Positions 1 through 9,475 of a stretch of 64,000 nucleotides of DNA are shown here, in pieces. The notes under the pieces are model-generated. The model worked only from the letters and a program-made list of their open reading frames with translations, was not told where the DNA came from and did no database searches. The stretch is from positions 1 through 64,000 of the forward strand of contig JBBSXO010000005.1 of assembly GCA_038045705.1 (NCBI GenBank). Direction: 5' to 3'. Position numbers and translations under genes: made by a program. Positions within the stretch are counted from its first letter, which is position 1. Each line of letters starts with the position of its first letter. The stretch is from Nanobdellota archaeon (GTDB taxonomy: Archaea > Nanobdellota > Nanobdellia > Pacearchaeales > GW2011-AR1).

Positions 1-154
1 CCGCCAGCGGGATCAACTGGATTTGTGAAAAAAATTAATTTTTCTAAAATCTTATAGATCTCGTATGCATCTGGCAAGATTGCATTAATTATTATGATTA
101 TTTGTCTTTCTAAATAGAAAGTTAATTTCGCACTCGCTCCAAAAAATAAAGTTA

Positions 155-206
155 TGTTCAAAATATACTTGTTTTGAACAGCCAGAAATTATTTACTAAT
201 TTCTGG
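155..206. repeat. Two adjacent DNA/RNA hairpins
   Basis: TGTTCAAAA-tatacttg-TTTTGAACA (155-180) and CCAGAAATTA-tttac-TAATTTCTGG (182-206); the first resembles the hairpin at 20695-20716. Confidence 0.6.
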
Positions 207-403
207 ATTTGAAATACTAATTAACCGATTGCATACCTCATATCTTACAAAGCATTGTCGGACGATGACTCCCGACGTTAAATAGTAAGACACTCACAAC
301 GTGTTCCATCGTAATGAATGATGTTCCAAAATATAGTATATAAACATTACGTTAGCAGTGCATTGTTGCGTTGTCGGGATCTATTTAAAAATCATCTAAA
401 AAT

Positions 404-652
404 CTACTGCTCATCTTTATGATAAAAATCAAGAATAATTATCTTATTTAACACTTTATTATATGCATAAGAAATTCTAAAAGGTGGAAGATAAACTTCT
501 CTAGAACCCTTTCTAACATTTCTCATAGGTTTTCCAATTTCTGGATTTTCTCTTATTTTATTAATTAATTTTTCAATTCTCAACTTAATAGAATTATCTT
601 TTATTTTTGATACAGCTCTTATAAAATTATCATCGAAATCTACTGTTACCAT
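404..652 (-). CDS. RelE/ParE family toxin
   Basis: 82 aa; 'NPEIGKPM', 'FRISY', C-terminal 'FYHKD'; overlaps the upstream antitoxin. Confidence 0.8.
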   Translation of the reverse strand: MVTVDFDDNFIRAVSKIKDNSIKLRIEKLINKIRENPEIGKPMRNVRKGSREVYLPPFRISYAYNKVLNKIIILDFYHKDEQ

Positions 653-912
653 TTCTTCATTTCTTTAATAAACTCATCAAATTCCATAGTTTTGAATTCT
701 CCTCTATCATGCCTTTTCCAAGCTTCCTCAGTTCTTTTAGCAAATTCTAAATCTTCAGCAAACTGTTTATCCATTTTGCTAGCTTTCTTTATTATTATTT
801 GGTCAGCATTACGAATAACAAGAAGTTTATCTCCTTCTTTGATATCTTTTCTAAGTTCTTGAGGTATTACTACTTGACCTTTAGAACTCATTTTAGTCAT
901 ATTCATTTCCAT
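646..912 (-). CDS. AbrB/MazE/SpoVT family antitoxin
   Basis: 'KMSSKGQVVIPQELRKDIKEGDKL' swapped-hairpin motif. Confidence 0.85.
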   Translation of the reverse strand: MEMNMTKMSSKGQVVIPQELRKDIKEGDKLLVIRNADQIIIKKASKMDKQFAEDLEFAKRTEEAWKRHDRGEFKTMEFDEFIKEMKKW

Positions 913-947
913 AGTAAGATTATTCTTACCCTATATTTAAATCTTTC

Positions 948-1865
948 TCAGCTCATCAAATGAACAAGTAAAGCCATTCTAATATACAATCCGTTTTCGG
1001 CTTGCCGAAAATAAGCAACTCTTTCATCTTTATCTTCAATTTCAATAGGTAAAATTATTTCATCTATTTTTGGTAATGGATGCAAAATTCTAGCACTCTT
1101 TTTTAACAAATTAAAATTATTTAGATTAATAGTATATTTTCCTCTTGCACTATTGTACTCATCAAGAGTAATTCTTTCTTTTTGAATTCTAGTCATATAT
1201 ACTATATCTACTTCAGGTAAAACTTCATCAAGGTTTTTTTCTTCTCTAAATTTTACTCCATGTTTAGTAAGATATTCCTTGATATCATCTTTCATCTTCA
1301 AATGTTCAGGAGATAAAAAAATAATCTCATTCTCAGGAAACTTTCCAAGTAAATAACAAAGTGAGCGAGCAGTCCTTCCAGAAGCTAAATCTCCAACTAT
1401 AGCAATCTTTAGCCCATCGAGTCTTCCAATTTCCAGCCAAATAGTATACAAGTCAAGAAGAGCCTGAGTAGGATGCTGTCCCTTGCCATCCCCAGCATTT
1501 ATTATAGGAACTTTAGAAACAGAAGAAGCAATATTTGCGCTCCCTTCTTCATAATGTCTCATTACAATAGCATCAGTATATGAAGAAACAACACGAATAG
1601 AATCTTCAAGAGTCTCACCTTTCACCGCGGAAGAAAATTCTTTAGCATTTTCAGTTGTAACAACGCTCCCTCCAAGCTTTAGCATTGCAGTTTCAAAACT
1701 TAATCTTGTTCTAGTGCTAGGTTCATAAAATAAAGTTGCAAGTACTCTTCCATTCAAAATAGGCTCGTGAATCTTATCATTTCGAAATTCATCAGCCCTT
1801 TCGAAAATCTCAAATATGATTTCAGGAGTTAATTGTTGTGATTCTACAAAGTGTTTCAACACCAT
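948..1865 (-). CDS. pyrB: Aspartate carbamoyltransferase catalytic subunit
   Basis: FYEPSTRTR, KGETL, NAGDG..HPTQ, YMTRIQKER and HPLP motifs. Confidence 0.95.
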   Translation of the reverse strand: MVLKHFVESQQLTPEIIFEIFERADEFRNDKIHEPILNGRVLATLFYEPSTRTRLSFETAMLKLGGSVVTTENAKEFSSAVKGETLEDSIRVVSSYTDAIVMRHYEEGSANIASSVSKVPIINAGDGKGQHPTQALLDLYTIWLEIGRLDGLKIAIVGDLASGRTARSLCYLLGKFPENEIIFLSPEHLKMKDDIKEYLTKHGVKFREEKNLDEVLPEVDIVYMTRIQKERITLDEYNSARGKYTINLNNFNLLKKSARILHPLPKIDEIILPIEIEDKDERVAYFRQAENGLYIRMALLVHLMS

Positions 1866-1909
1866 CAAAACAAGGAATATTTTCTAGCGTATAAAAAGAT
1901 AATTGTGGT

Positions 1910-2236
1910 TTATTTGATATAAGAACATATAGAATAAAATATTTTATTATAATAACTATTCTTGACTTTAGCCAATCTTTTAACAATCGTTCCTTTATTT
2001 ACTGTAAATATTCTATAATGTTTAATCCAGCTTTTAAAAGGAAGATTATCTTCTTCAAAAGCATCTTCTTCTATTAAAATTCCTAGCTTTGGAATACGGC
2101 TTGTTATCAAACAGCAAATAACATCTTCGCTATTATCTAATTTTCCATTTGATATTATTATAGCTGGTCTTTTCTTAGAACCAGACAAATCTGAATAAGG
2201 GAAAGGCGTAAAAACAACATCAAGCTGTTTATACAT
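1910..2236 (-). CDS. PemK/MazF family toxin
   Basis: 'PFPYSDLSGSKKRPAIIIS', 'ITS'; likely start MYKQ overlapping the antitoxin stop. Confidence 0.85.
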   Translation of the reverse strand: MYKQLDVVFTPFPYSDLSGSKKRPAIIISNGKLDNSEDVICCLITSRIPKLGILIEEDAFEEDNLPFKSWIKHYRIFTVNKGTIVKRLAKVKNSYYNKIFYSICSYIK

Positions 2237-2408
2237 CATCCCACCTCTTATCATACTCATTATCCCAATCTTTCTTTAACACATCTTCAGAAGCAAGCAT
2301 ACTAAATATGCTTTCTTCGTGTTCTGGGTAGTCTACCTTTTCCAACTCCTCAATTCTTTTTTCAATAATCTTGCGAACATATTCACATTTTCTTATAAAT
2401 TGTATCAT
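2229..2408 (-). CDS. Putative antitoxin of the MazF-like toxin
   Basis: Small protein directly upstream of and overlapping the toxin; acidic C-terminus 'ASEDVLKKDWDNEYDKRWDDV'. Confidence 0.65.
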   Translation of the reverse strand: MIQFIRKCEYVRKIIEKRIEELEKVDYPEHEESIFSMLASEDVLKKDWDNEYDKRWDDV

Positions 2409-2473
2409 CAATAGAAAGAGTAATGTTAGTTATAAGAATATAAGTGAGCTCACTTATTTAAACTTTCCTAAAA

Positions 2474-3439
2474 TCATTTAGGAGGGATTAAATTAGCCCA
2501 GTCATCAATGAACTGTTCTATCCCAGGTAAGTCTATTTTCATCTTTCTGTTTTCAATATAAATCTTAGCAAGTAAATACATAATCATTCCTAAACTCTTT
2601 GCACTTTTATTATTTCCAGCAATTATTTTTTTAATTCCAAAAGCATAATTATTGCTATCACAAACGCTTAAAACAGGAACGCCAACAATATTTGCATCAG
2701 TTAGAGCATTTTTATCAAGCCAAGGGTCACAAATCAAAACAAGCTTTGTCTCAAAGAAATCCTGCAAGTTTGTGTTAGTCAAAATTCCAGCAGGATATTT
2801 TTTTGTAAAAGACCTTATTCCCAAAGTCTCAGCAAATAACTTTACTGCATGCCACCCAGCCTCTCTTTTACAAACAACAATAATATCTTCAGGAGCAAAT
2901 TTAGCCAGAAATTCTCCAGTTTCTTTTATGGTGCTATCAAGCATTGTTGTATTAAATACGGCTAAACCATCGGCGCGTCTTTTGTAAATATATTTGCGCA
3001 TATTCGGAGTAATTACTCTAGTTCCTAAGTGCATAGAAGCTTTCAAGTAATCTTCAATTGGAACAAGTGTATTAAGAGGTTCTGACTTTTCACCAGTAAC
3101 TCTTTCTTTAATATCTATCTTCTCAATTTCTTTGAATTTTCCTTCAAGTGCCTTTAACTTAGCTTTAAGAGCTTCAGACATTTCTTTTTTAGGCTTAGCT
3201 TTCTTTTCTTCTATGACTTCAATTTCTTCAGCTTTAGTTTCCGAGTCTTCTTTTTTCTTAGCATGTTTCTTTTTAGGCTTCTTTTCTTCATCATCAGTAA
3301 GGGTTTCAACAACTTTCTCAACACCTTCAACAGCGCTTTCTACAACATGTTCAGTAGCCTCACCAATTTCCTCAACAACATGTTCGACAGCATGAGCTAC
3401 CTTTTCTATAATAGATTCTTCTTTCTTTGTTTTTGCCAT
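2474..3439 (-). CDS. rps2: 30S ribosomal protein S2 (uS2) with long charged N-terminal extension
   Basis: 'YLKASMHLGT', 'YIYKRRADGL', 'PAGILTN', 'GNNKSAKSLG'; about 120 aa E/K-rich N-terminus. Confidence 0.92.
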   Translation of the reverse strand: MAKTKKEESIIEKVAHAVEHVVEEIGEATEHVVESAVEGVEKVVETLTDDEEKKPKKKHAKKKEDSETKAEEIEVIEEKKAKPKKEMSEALKAKLKALEGKFKEIEKIDIKERVTGEKSEPLNTLVPIEDYLKASMHLGTRVITPNMRKYIYKRRADGLAVFNTTMLDSTIKETGEFLAKFAPEDIIVVCKREAGWHAVKLFAETLGIRSFTKKYPAGILTNTNLQDFFETKLVLICDPWLDKNALTDANIVGVPVLSVCDSNNYAFGIKKIIAGNNKSAKSLGMIMYLLAKIYIENRKMKIDLPGIEQFIDDWANLIPPK

Positions 3440-3535
3440 TGTAACTAATTATAAACAGCGCAGGGGTTTTTCGGAGTTTGTTTCAGTCCGTACCTGCTAA
3501 GTTCTTAGTCACTATCAAGATTGTGGGTTTTTAAA
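3440..3535 (-). promoter_or_regulatory. rps2 promoter and structured 5' leader
   Basis: TTTAAAAA box at 3528-3535; nested stems GCAGG/CCUGC and CGGA/UCCG in the leader. Confidence 0.45.
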
Positions 3536-3538
3536 GAC

Positions 3539-3559
3539 TTCGATTTCATCGAAATCGAA
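3539..3559. repeat. Perfect inverted repeat (possible terminator or hairpin element)
   Basis: TTCGATTTC-atc-GAAATCGAA just downstream of the 3573-3956 gene. Confidence 0.5.
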
Positions 3560-3572
3560 CGTATTAGAAATA

Positions 3573-3956
3573 TCAATTTCTAAGACTTCTGTCCAAATTT
3601 CTTACTTTTAATCTATGTTTAATCTGACTCCAATAATTCTTTGGAACTTCAAAACCTAATCCAGATATTTTTTCAAGTAATTTAGGAACTGTAGGAACTC
3701 CAGGAAGTCTCTCTTTTGAACTACCTCCGTGAATTCCTTTACTAGAAAGGTAAAACATTCCGTCATCATCAACTTTAGCTCCCTGGTTTTCCCAAAGAAT
3801 TAAATGAATTAATTCAGACATCACATCCTCTAAAAAAGGTTGCGTAAATTCAGGATCCTGTAACCAATATCTTCTACCGTCATTTATATTCAAAGGACCT
3901 CTAGCACCTTGATGCCATCTATATTCATCTTCTGTGAGAATATAACTCAATTCCAT
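3573..3956 (-). CDS. Hypothetical protein
   Basis: 127 aa ORF with its own TATA-like box upstream. Confidence 0.65.
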   Translation of the reverse strand: MELSYILTEDEYRWHQGARGPLNINDGRRYWLQDPEFTQPFLEDVMSELIHLILWENQGAKVDDDGMFYLSSKGIHGGSSKERLPGVPTVPKLLEKISGLGFEVPKNYWSQIKHRLKVRNLDRSLRN

Positions 3957-3997
3957 AGCTAAGATATAAATTTACAATTTAAAAACATTAACATTTG

Positions 3998-5167
3998 TCA
4001 CTTTAATTTATTCTCAATTTCTTTTAATCTCTCAAGCTTAACTTCTCGCCATCTTGTAGCAACTCCGCACTTAATATAATCCGCTCCAAAACCAACGGCA
4101 TAATCTGCAAGTGCATCATCCATTGTTTCCCCAGACCTATGGGACATAACTGTTTTTACATTATGTTTCTTACACAACTCAAAGATCTTTTTCAATTCAA
4201 TTAACGAACCATTTTGATTTGGTTTTATTATCATGGCATTTACAGATTTAGTCTTAATAGCCTTAACAGACCTATTATATTGGGTAGCAATTAAATCATC
4301 TCCAACAATCAAGCTTTTTTTATTAACATTTTTATTTAGTTTCGCAAAACTATTAAAATCTCTTTCATGGAATGGATCTTCAACATAAAACAATGAATAA
4401 AATTCAACAAGTTCCTGAATAAATTTTCTTTGCCATTCTGAATCTATTTTTCTTTCAAAATAATTATATTTTCTATTCTTAAAAATAGAAGAAGTCGCAG
4501 CATCAATTCCAATTTCAATATTGAATTTAAACTTCTTTTTTGCTTTAATCTTAAATCTATTTAAAATATCAAGAACATCTTTATCATCTAAAGAAACAAG
4601 CAATGCACCTTCATCATTTAAATTAGAAACTTTCAATGTCTTCTTAGCAATTGAATAAATATAATTCATAGCTTTTAGATTATCAGAAAATTTGTTCGAC
4701 TTAGGAATGACAAGAAATTCTTGAAAGTTTGGGTGTTTCCTAATAGCAGAACTATGTAGTCCACCTCCGATAACATTTCCAACAGGAAAAGGAATTTTGC
4801 GAGAATTTCCAATAATTTCATAAAGTTGTCTCTTTTTTGAATAAGCAAGTGCCTTCATTACAGCAGACTCAAAAGCATAAAGAGAGTTAGCCCCAAAATC
4901 ACTAGCTTTTTTTAGCTTCAACTTTTTACAAATAATCTTTTCAATATAAACTAGATCTTCAAATTTATCAATTTCTATTTCATCATTAAGATTATTCAGA
5001 AAATTAACACAAAAATCAATGGACTTGTAATAAGAGGGGGTTTCAAATGCACCAGTTGATTTTCCATTAGGGGATGAAGCTTCCTCACATTTATTGACTG
5101 AAACCGCAATAGTTTTTTCTCCGCGAGAATCCTCTATAATTCTAGCCTTAACCTCTTTAAGTAGCAT
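3998..5167 (-). CDS. eno: Enolase (compact form)
   Basis: DSRG, STG, FQEF, DEG, EDP, GDDL, IKPNQ and SHRSGET motifs. Confidence 0.92.
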   Translation of the reverse strand: MLLKEVKARIIEDSRGEKTIAVSVNKCEEASSPNGKSTGAFETPSYYKSIDFCVNFLNNLNDEIEIDKFEDLVYIEKIICKKLKLKKASDFGANSLYAFESAVMKALAYSKKRQLYEIIGNSRKIPFPVGNVIGGGLHSSAIRKHPNFQEFLVIPKSNKFSDNLKAMNYIYSIAKKTLKVSNLNDEGALLVSLDDKDVLDILNRFKIKAKKKFKFNIEIGIDAATSSIFKNRKYNYFERKIDSEWQRKFIQELVEFYSLFYVEDPFHERDFNSFAKLNKNVNKKSLIVGDDLIATQYNRSVKAIKTKSVNAMIIKPNQNGSLIELKKIFELCKKHNVKTVMSHRSGETMDDALADYAVGFGADYIKCGVATRWREVKLERLKEIENKLK

Positions 5168-5216
5168 AAATATTCAAGGTAGTAAAGCTATTAAAACGTA
5201 ATTATTAAGCTTAAAA

Positions 5217-5501
5217 ATGGGTTTGCTAGATTTTCTAATTTCAAAAAGAAAAAAAAGAATTGCTTTGTTTAATCATCATATTTTAGAGATGAAAGAAGGA
5301 ATGAGCACAATTTGTTCAGTAAGAACATCAAATTCAAGATATTTAAAACAATTAGCGCAAATGACAGAACTTTATCTTGTAGAGGTTAGAGATTTCAGGA
5401 AAAAAGAAGAAAGAAATTTAACAAGAACTCAATTGCATGAATTTGATATGGCTTATTTAAGGCTGGAACTACAATATTCTAAATTAATTACTAGTAAGTA
5501 G
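5217..5501 (+). CDS. Hypothetical protein
   Basis: 94 aa, helical-looking ORF. Confidence 0.55.
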   Translation: MGLLDFLISKRKKRIALFNHHILEMKEGMSTICSVRTSNSRYLKQLAQMTELYLVEVRDFRKKEERNLTRTQLHEFDMAYLRLELQYSKLITSK

Positions 5502-5542
5502 TTAAAATAGAAAGCTTTATAAATAGATTTTTATGGTTTTTC

Positions 5543-6001
5543 ATGATGATGGTCTATCATGGAACCTCTGTAGAAAATGCAATATCCATAGCAGGGCATA
5601 TGGAAATTAGATCACCTTTAGAGCAAGAAAGATTTTTTTATCAAGATAGAACAAACCAAGAAGATATAAAAATGGTTTTAGATCGACTAACTAGAAGTTA
5701 CGGAAAACAAAGAGCAATGTCAGTTTATTTTACTTCTGATTTAGATTCTGCAGTTGGTTATGCGAAAAAATCAGGTGATGAAGGTGTAGTATTTGGTATT
5801 GAACTTGATGGCCAGATTTTAAGAAAAACACCTAAAAGTATAATTCCATTGATAGGTTCTAATAGAAATATAGTTATTCCAATACCAAAAAAAGTTAAAT
5901 TAAGAGAACCAACAGTCTACATACCAAGAGAAACCATTCAAAGAAAACATGAGCTAGAAAGAGCATTTTCTAAAAGAGTTAATTATAAAATTTTAGACTA
6001 A
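5543..6001 (+). CDS. ADP-ribosyltransferase-fold protein (H-Y-type motifs)
   Basis: 'VYHGTS', 'VYFTSDLDSAVGYA', 'GVVFGIEL'. Confidence 0.6.
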   Translation: MMMVYHGTSVENAISIAGHMEIRSPLEQERFFYQDRTNQEDIKMVLDRLTRSYGKQRAMSVYFTSDLDSAVGYAKKSGDEGVVFGIELDGQILRKTPKSIIPLIGSNRNIVIPIPKKVKLREPTVYIPRETIQRKHELERAFSKRVNYKILD

Positions 6002-6385
6002 CTATTCTTCTGATCCAGAAGAATCCTCTATAATTGCATCTTCAGTATCACTTTCATTTACAAGACCCATTTCTTCAGCTTTTTCGACTATCTCTTTTTC
6101 AACTTCTTTCTCTTTCTCTGCTATTTTCTCATCATCAACTGAATCTTCACGAACTGGTTGAAGCTTCGCACCAGTCTTAAGAGGCATAGGTCTTCTTACA
6201 GAAATAGGCAAAACTCCAGAAAAAAATTCTTTTGTAGCAATCTTCAAAGCATCATAATGCATTTCATTCAATTCTTCATCAGTTAATTTAATCAGTAATG
6301 GAGCGTCCATAGATATTTGCAAAGCTCTAGCACCAAGTATACGCGCAATTTCAAATCTTGTAAACTCAGAATGTTGTATGGTCAT
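6002..6385 (-). CDS. rpoK: RNA polymerase subunit Rpo6/K
   Basis: 'FTRFEIARILGARALQISMDAP', 'LPISVRRP'; acidic tail. Confidence 0.93.
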   Translation of the reverse strand: MTIQHSEFTRFEIARILGARALQISMDAPLLIKLTDEELNEMHYDALKIATKEFFSGVLPISVRRPMPLKTGAKLQPVREDSVDDEKIAEKEKEVEKEIVEKAEEMGLVNESDTEDAIIEDSSGSEE

Positions 6386-6386
6386 A

Positions 6387-7208
6387 TCACTTCAGGAATT
6401 TTTTAAGCTTTTTAAGGGTATCGTCATAAAGTTTTGGCATGTGTTTCATGATTTTTTCTAAATCTTCTGAAGACATTGCAGACTCAAGACCCTTTTGACA
6501 TGAATGTATCATATGTTCCTTTCCTTTATAATTAGATATTCCAAACACAATTTTACCATCGCAAGCTTCTTCTTCTTCTCTAGTTGGATCAATAAATATA
6601 GAATCAGCCAGTTTATAGAAAGTGAATGTTAATGGAATAGTATTCTCCAGTAAAGGTAATTTCTTTGTAGGTTTCTTTTCATGGTCAATTCTTCCATTTT
6701 CATCAAGCTCAGGAATATGAGTCTGTAACAAAGCAGCAATTGCTCCAATACTAGCAGCATCAATCAAAGCACCATCATCATTAATAGGATATATGTCTAT
6801 TATAACTGTCCAGACTTTTTCTCCTTCAGTTATTACTAATTTTTTCAAATCAATAACATGGCTTTCTCTAACCATTCTATCTATCAACCTTGGTAATTCA
6901 ATAGCATTGAACTTTGGAGGTCCAGATTCAAATCTTGGAGATGCTAATGGTAACATATCTCCAGAAACCATTAAATTTCCTTTATCCATAGAGTCAGGAT
7001 AAGGAGCTGCAACTTCTAACTTAACCCCAACAACAACATCTGTTTTTCCTAATCTAACTCTTGCGCTTCCTTCAGCCTTGTTTGAAACATCATACTCCAC
7101 TGTAAAGTTTCTTTGTTCAAACAATTTGCGATCGTCAAACCTTTTATCAGTAGCAAACATTTTAGCTAATGTATTATACGTTAAGTTAGAAATTGTCATT
7201 GAACTCAT
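6387..7208 (-). CDS. rrp42: Exosome subunit Rrp42
   Basis: 'KAEGSARVRLGKT', 'FESGPP', 'DDGALIDA'; follows rrp41. Confidence 0.92.
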   Translation of the reverse strand: MSSMTISNLTYNTLAKMFATDKRFDDRKLFEQRNFTVEYDVSNKAEGSARVRLGKTDVVVGVKLEVAAPYPDSMDKGNLMVSGDMLPLASPRFESGPPKFNAIELPRLIDRMVRESHVIDLKKLVITEGEKVWTVIIDIYPINDDGALIDAASIGAIAALLQTHIPELDENGRIDHEKKPTKKLPLLENTIPLTFTFYKLADSIFIDPTREEEEACDGKIVFGISNYKGKEHMIHSCQKGLESAMSSEDLEKIMKHMPKLYDDTLKKLKKFLK

Positions 7209-7903
7209 TCTGATTGTACCTCTTTCAGTGCTTTTTTCTGAACTTCATAAATCTTGGCAAAAGCCTTATCGGCCAAAGCTAAAGCTTTAGGAATCATTTC
7301 AGGTTGTATTTTTCCATCCAATTGAAATAATGTAAACTCATCAGAGTTAGCCATTCTTGCTAAAGGAATATCTGTAGCACCCTCACCATCTTCAAAATCT
7401 TCTTCATCTTTATCTACATCTACTACTAAATCTTTATCCATTTTACCTATTGCAACAGCACAAACTAAATCCTTCATCGGAATTCCAGCTTGAGCAAGAG
7501 CCATTGAAGCGGCGTTAATTCCAGCTACTCTAGTGCTTGCATCAGCTTGTAAAATATAAATTTGAACATCAACTACTGTGTTAGGAAAATCTTTCAAGTC
7601 AAGAGCAGGAGATAAGGCCCATTCAGTTACTTTAGAAATTTCTTGACTTCTTCTTGATGGTCCTGGTTTCTTTCTATCCGAAACAGAGAAACTTAACAAA
7701 TCATAGTTAACTCTCAATATAGCAGTCTTAGGGTCTTGCATGTGCTGAGGATGTAGCATTCTAGGACCATATACTGCAGCAATAGCTACAGTTTTTCCAA
7801 ATGTAAACATAGCACTTCCATCAGCATTAGGAATAATTCCAATCTTTGCAGACATTGGTCTTATTTCATCTAGCTTTCTTCCGTCAGATCTTTTAAATCC
7901 CAT
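7205..7903 (-). CDS. rrp41: Exosome subunit Rrp41
   Basis: 'RSDGRKLDEIRP', 'NADGSA', 'AVYGPR', 'QADASTR'. Confidence 0.93.
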   Translation of the reverse strand: MGFKRSDGRKLDEIRPMSAKIGIIPNADGSAMFTFGKTVAIAAVYGPRMLHPQHMQDPKTAILRVNYDLLSFSVSDRKKPGPSRRSQEISKVTEWALSPALDLKDFPNTVVDVQIYILQADASTRVAGINAASMALAQAGIPMKDLVCAVAIGKMDKDLVVDVDKDEEDFEDGEGATDIPLARMANSDEFTLFQLDGKIQPEMIPKALALADKAFAKIYEVQKKALKEVQSE

Positions 7904-8622
7904 TATTTATTCTCTCCAAACCATTTTTCCATTTTTTCTGTTAATCCAGATACTAAAACCTTATCAGCAATAAATTCAATTGCTTTTCTAGCCTTAAGTT
8001 CTGAGTCAATATCATTTCCTTTAATCCAAACCCACCCATTTTGCCCAATAGTAATATTACAACCAGTCTTTTCTTTTATTAAACTAATCATACTACCTTC
8101 GCGACCTATAATTCTTGGAACTCTTGAAGGATTCACTCTAAATATGAATCCACCTTCTAACTTTCCTAATCCCTTTCCTTTCATAGCCAAGTCAATTCCC
8201 TTTGGGCTAACACTCCAAATTTTAGCTGCAACTGCATCTCCAATAGCCAAGAACTGATCCATTTCATTTTTGTTAATAAATCTAGGACTTTCCATCAAAG
8301 GTAAAAATCCATTTTGAGCATAATCTACATCTATAATCCATCCAGAATGAACAATATCTGAAACTCTTCCAATAACTACATTATTTCTTCTAGGAATAAA
8401 AGCACCAGAAAAAGGAATTATTTTAACAACTCTACCAATCTTTTCAGCCAATCCATAACGTGAAGCTAAAACATCTTTTCCTTCTCGTCTAGCTCCTTCT
8501 CCAGGTAAAAAGTCTTCTCCAGAAGCTACAACTTCACCAGGGACAACAACAGTACGGCTTACAGGTTCAGCACTTGCACCAAAATCTTCGTATTCTTCAG
8601 TATTTTTCTCAAATTTTTCCAT
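7903..8622 (-). CDS. rrp4: Exosome RNA-binding subunit Rrp4
   Basis: 'VVVPGE', S1 domain, KH-type 'VPRIIGREGSMI', 'IGQNGWVWI'. Confidence 0.92.
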   Translation of the reverse strand: MEKFEKNTEEYEDFGASAEPVSRTVVVPGEVVASGEDFLPGEGARREGKDVLASRYGLAEKIGRVVKIIPFSGAFIPRRNNVVIGRVSDIVHSGWIIDVDYAQNGFLPLMESPRFINKNEMDQFLAIGDAVAAKIWSVSPKGIDLAMKGKGLGKLEGGFIFRVNPSRVPRIIGREGSMISLIKEKTGCNITIGQNGWVWIKGNDIDSELKARKAIEFIADKVLVSGLTEKMEKWFGENK

Positions 8623-8738
8623 GTAATTTCCAACAAACAAAGGATAATTATAATAATTCCCTTGAACTTTGTAATTTCAGTAATTCATAAAATCAAGCCT
8701 ATTTAAATATTGTGTTTATTTAAGGTTAAAAAGATATA

Positions 8739-9026
8739 TCAATTAAGACTTTGTCTTCCAGATCTCAGATATGCATCAATTTCTCTCTGAGTTAATTGTT
8801 CACCAGGTTCTCTCGATTGAAGATATCCAGAAACTTCCCCGATATATCGTTTAAAATCTTGCATGTCCATTATCATATAACTAGCTATTAATCTTGTGTC
8901 AGATTGATTCATAGAATCTAAATGTTCTCTTAAATTTCTTGAATTAAGAAGATTAATCTCATATTTTTGTCCTGGATTTTCTACCACCAAGGCCACTAAA
9001 TTCGGTCTAGATGCTTCAGGCCCCAT
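8739..9026 (-). CDS. Hypothetical protein
   Basis: 95 aa, overlaps the upstream ORF. Confidence 0.55.
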   Translation of the reverse strand: MGPEASRPNLVALVVENPGQKYEINLLNSRNLREHLDSMNQSDTRLIASYMIMDMQDFKRYIGEVSGYLQSREPGEQLTQREIDAYLRSGRQSLN

Positions 9027-9372
9027 GTTCTCTCTTTTCCTGCATTATATCTATAAATTCATACATTTTAAAATCATTTTTTATAGGTAAATACTCAAAA
9101 TCATTAATGAATCTAGTATGTAGGATAGAACCTGGATTATTAAAGCCTCCAGTCGTCAAATCACCATGGCCTTTAATGGCTTCTTCAACAGATCTATAAA
9201 CTCCTCTAGTCCATTTAACAGGTCTCCCAAATTCTCTAACTGTAGATCTATAACCTCGTAAGTTTGTTGATTCAATAACATTTCCCAATGCTAATGGGAC
9301 TTCTTCAGTCACAATTTCAAGTCCATTTACAGTTGAAGTCATTCTGAACTGTTTACTTTCTTTAGGTTCCAT
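9016..9372 (-). CDS. Hypothetical protein
   Basis: 118 aa with an upstream TTTAAATA box. Confidence 0.6.
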   Translation of the reverse strand: MEPKESKQFRMTSTVNGLEIVTEEVPLALGNVIESTNLRGYRSTVREFGRPVKWTRGVYRSVEEAIKGHGDLTTGGFNNPGSILHTRFINDFEYLPIKNDFKMYEFIDIMQEKREHGA

Positions 9373-9475
9373 ATAAATTATCCCAATAAGGCCTATTTAA
9401 ACATTTCTATTTGTAACTACTCACAAGTTAATTTAATAAAAATAAGAACAATAAATCATTTTCAAAATCCAAGAA

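Noticed and set aside
1-30. Possible tRNA 3' end (CCGCCA) at the window edge
   Set aside because: Too little sequence to support the call
2652-3448. Short antisense ORFs over rps2, and similar ones across the track
   Set aside because: Shadow ORFs opposite well-supported genes
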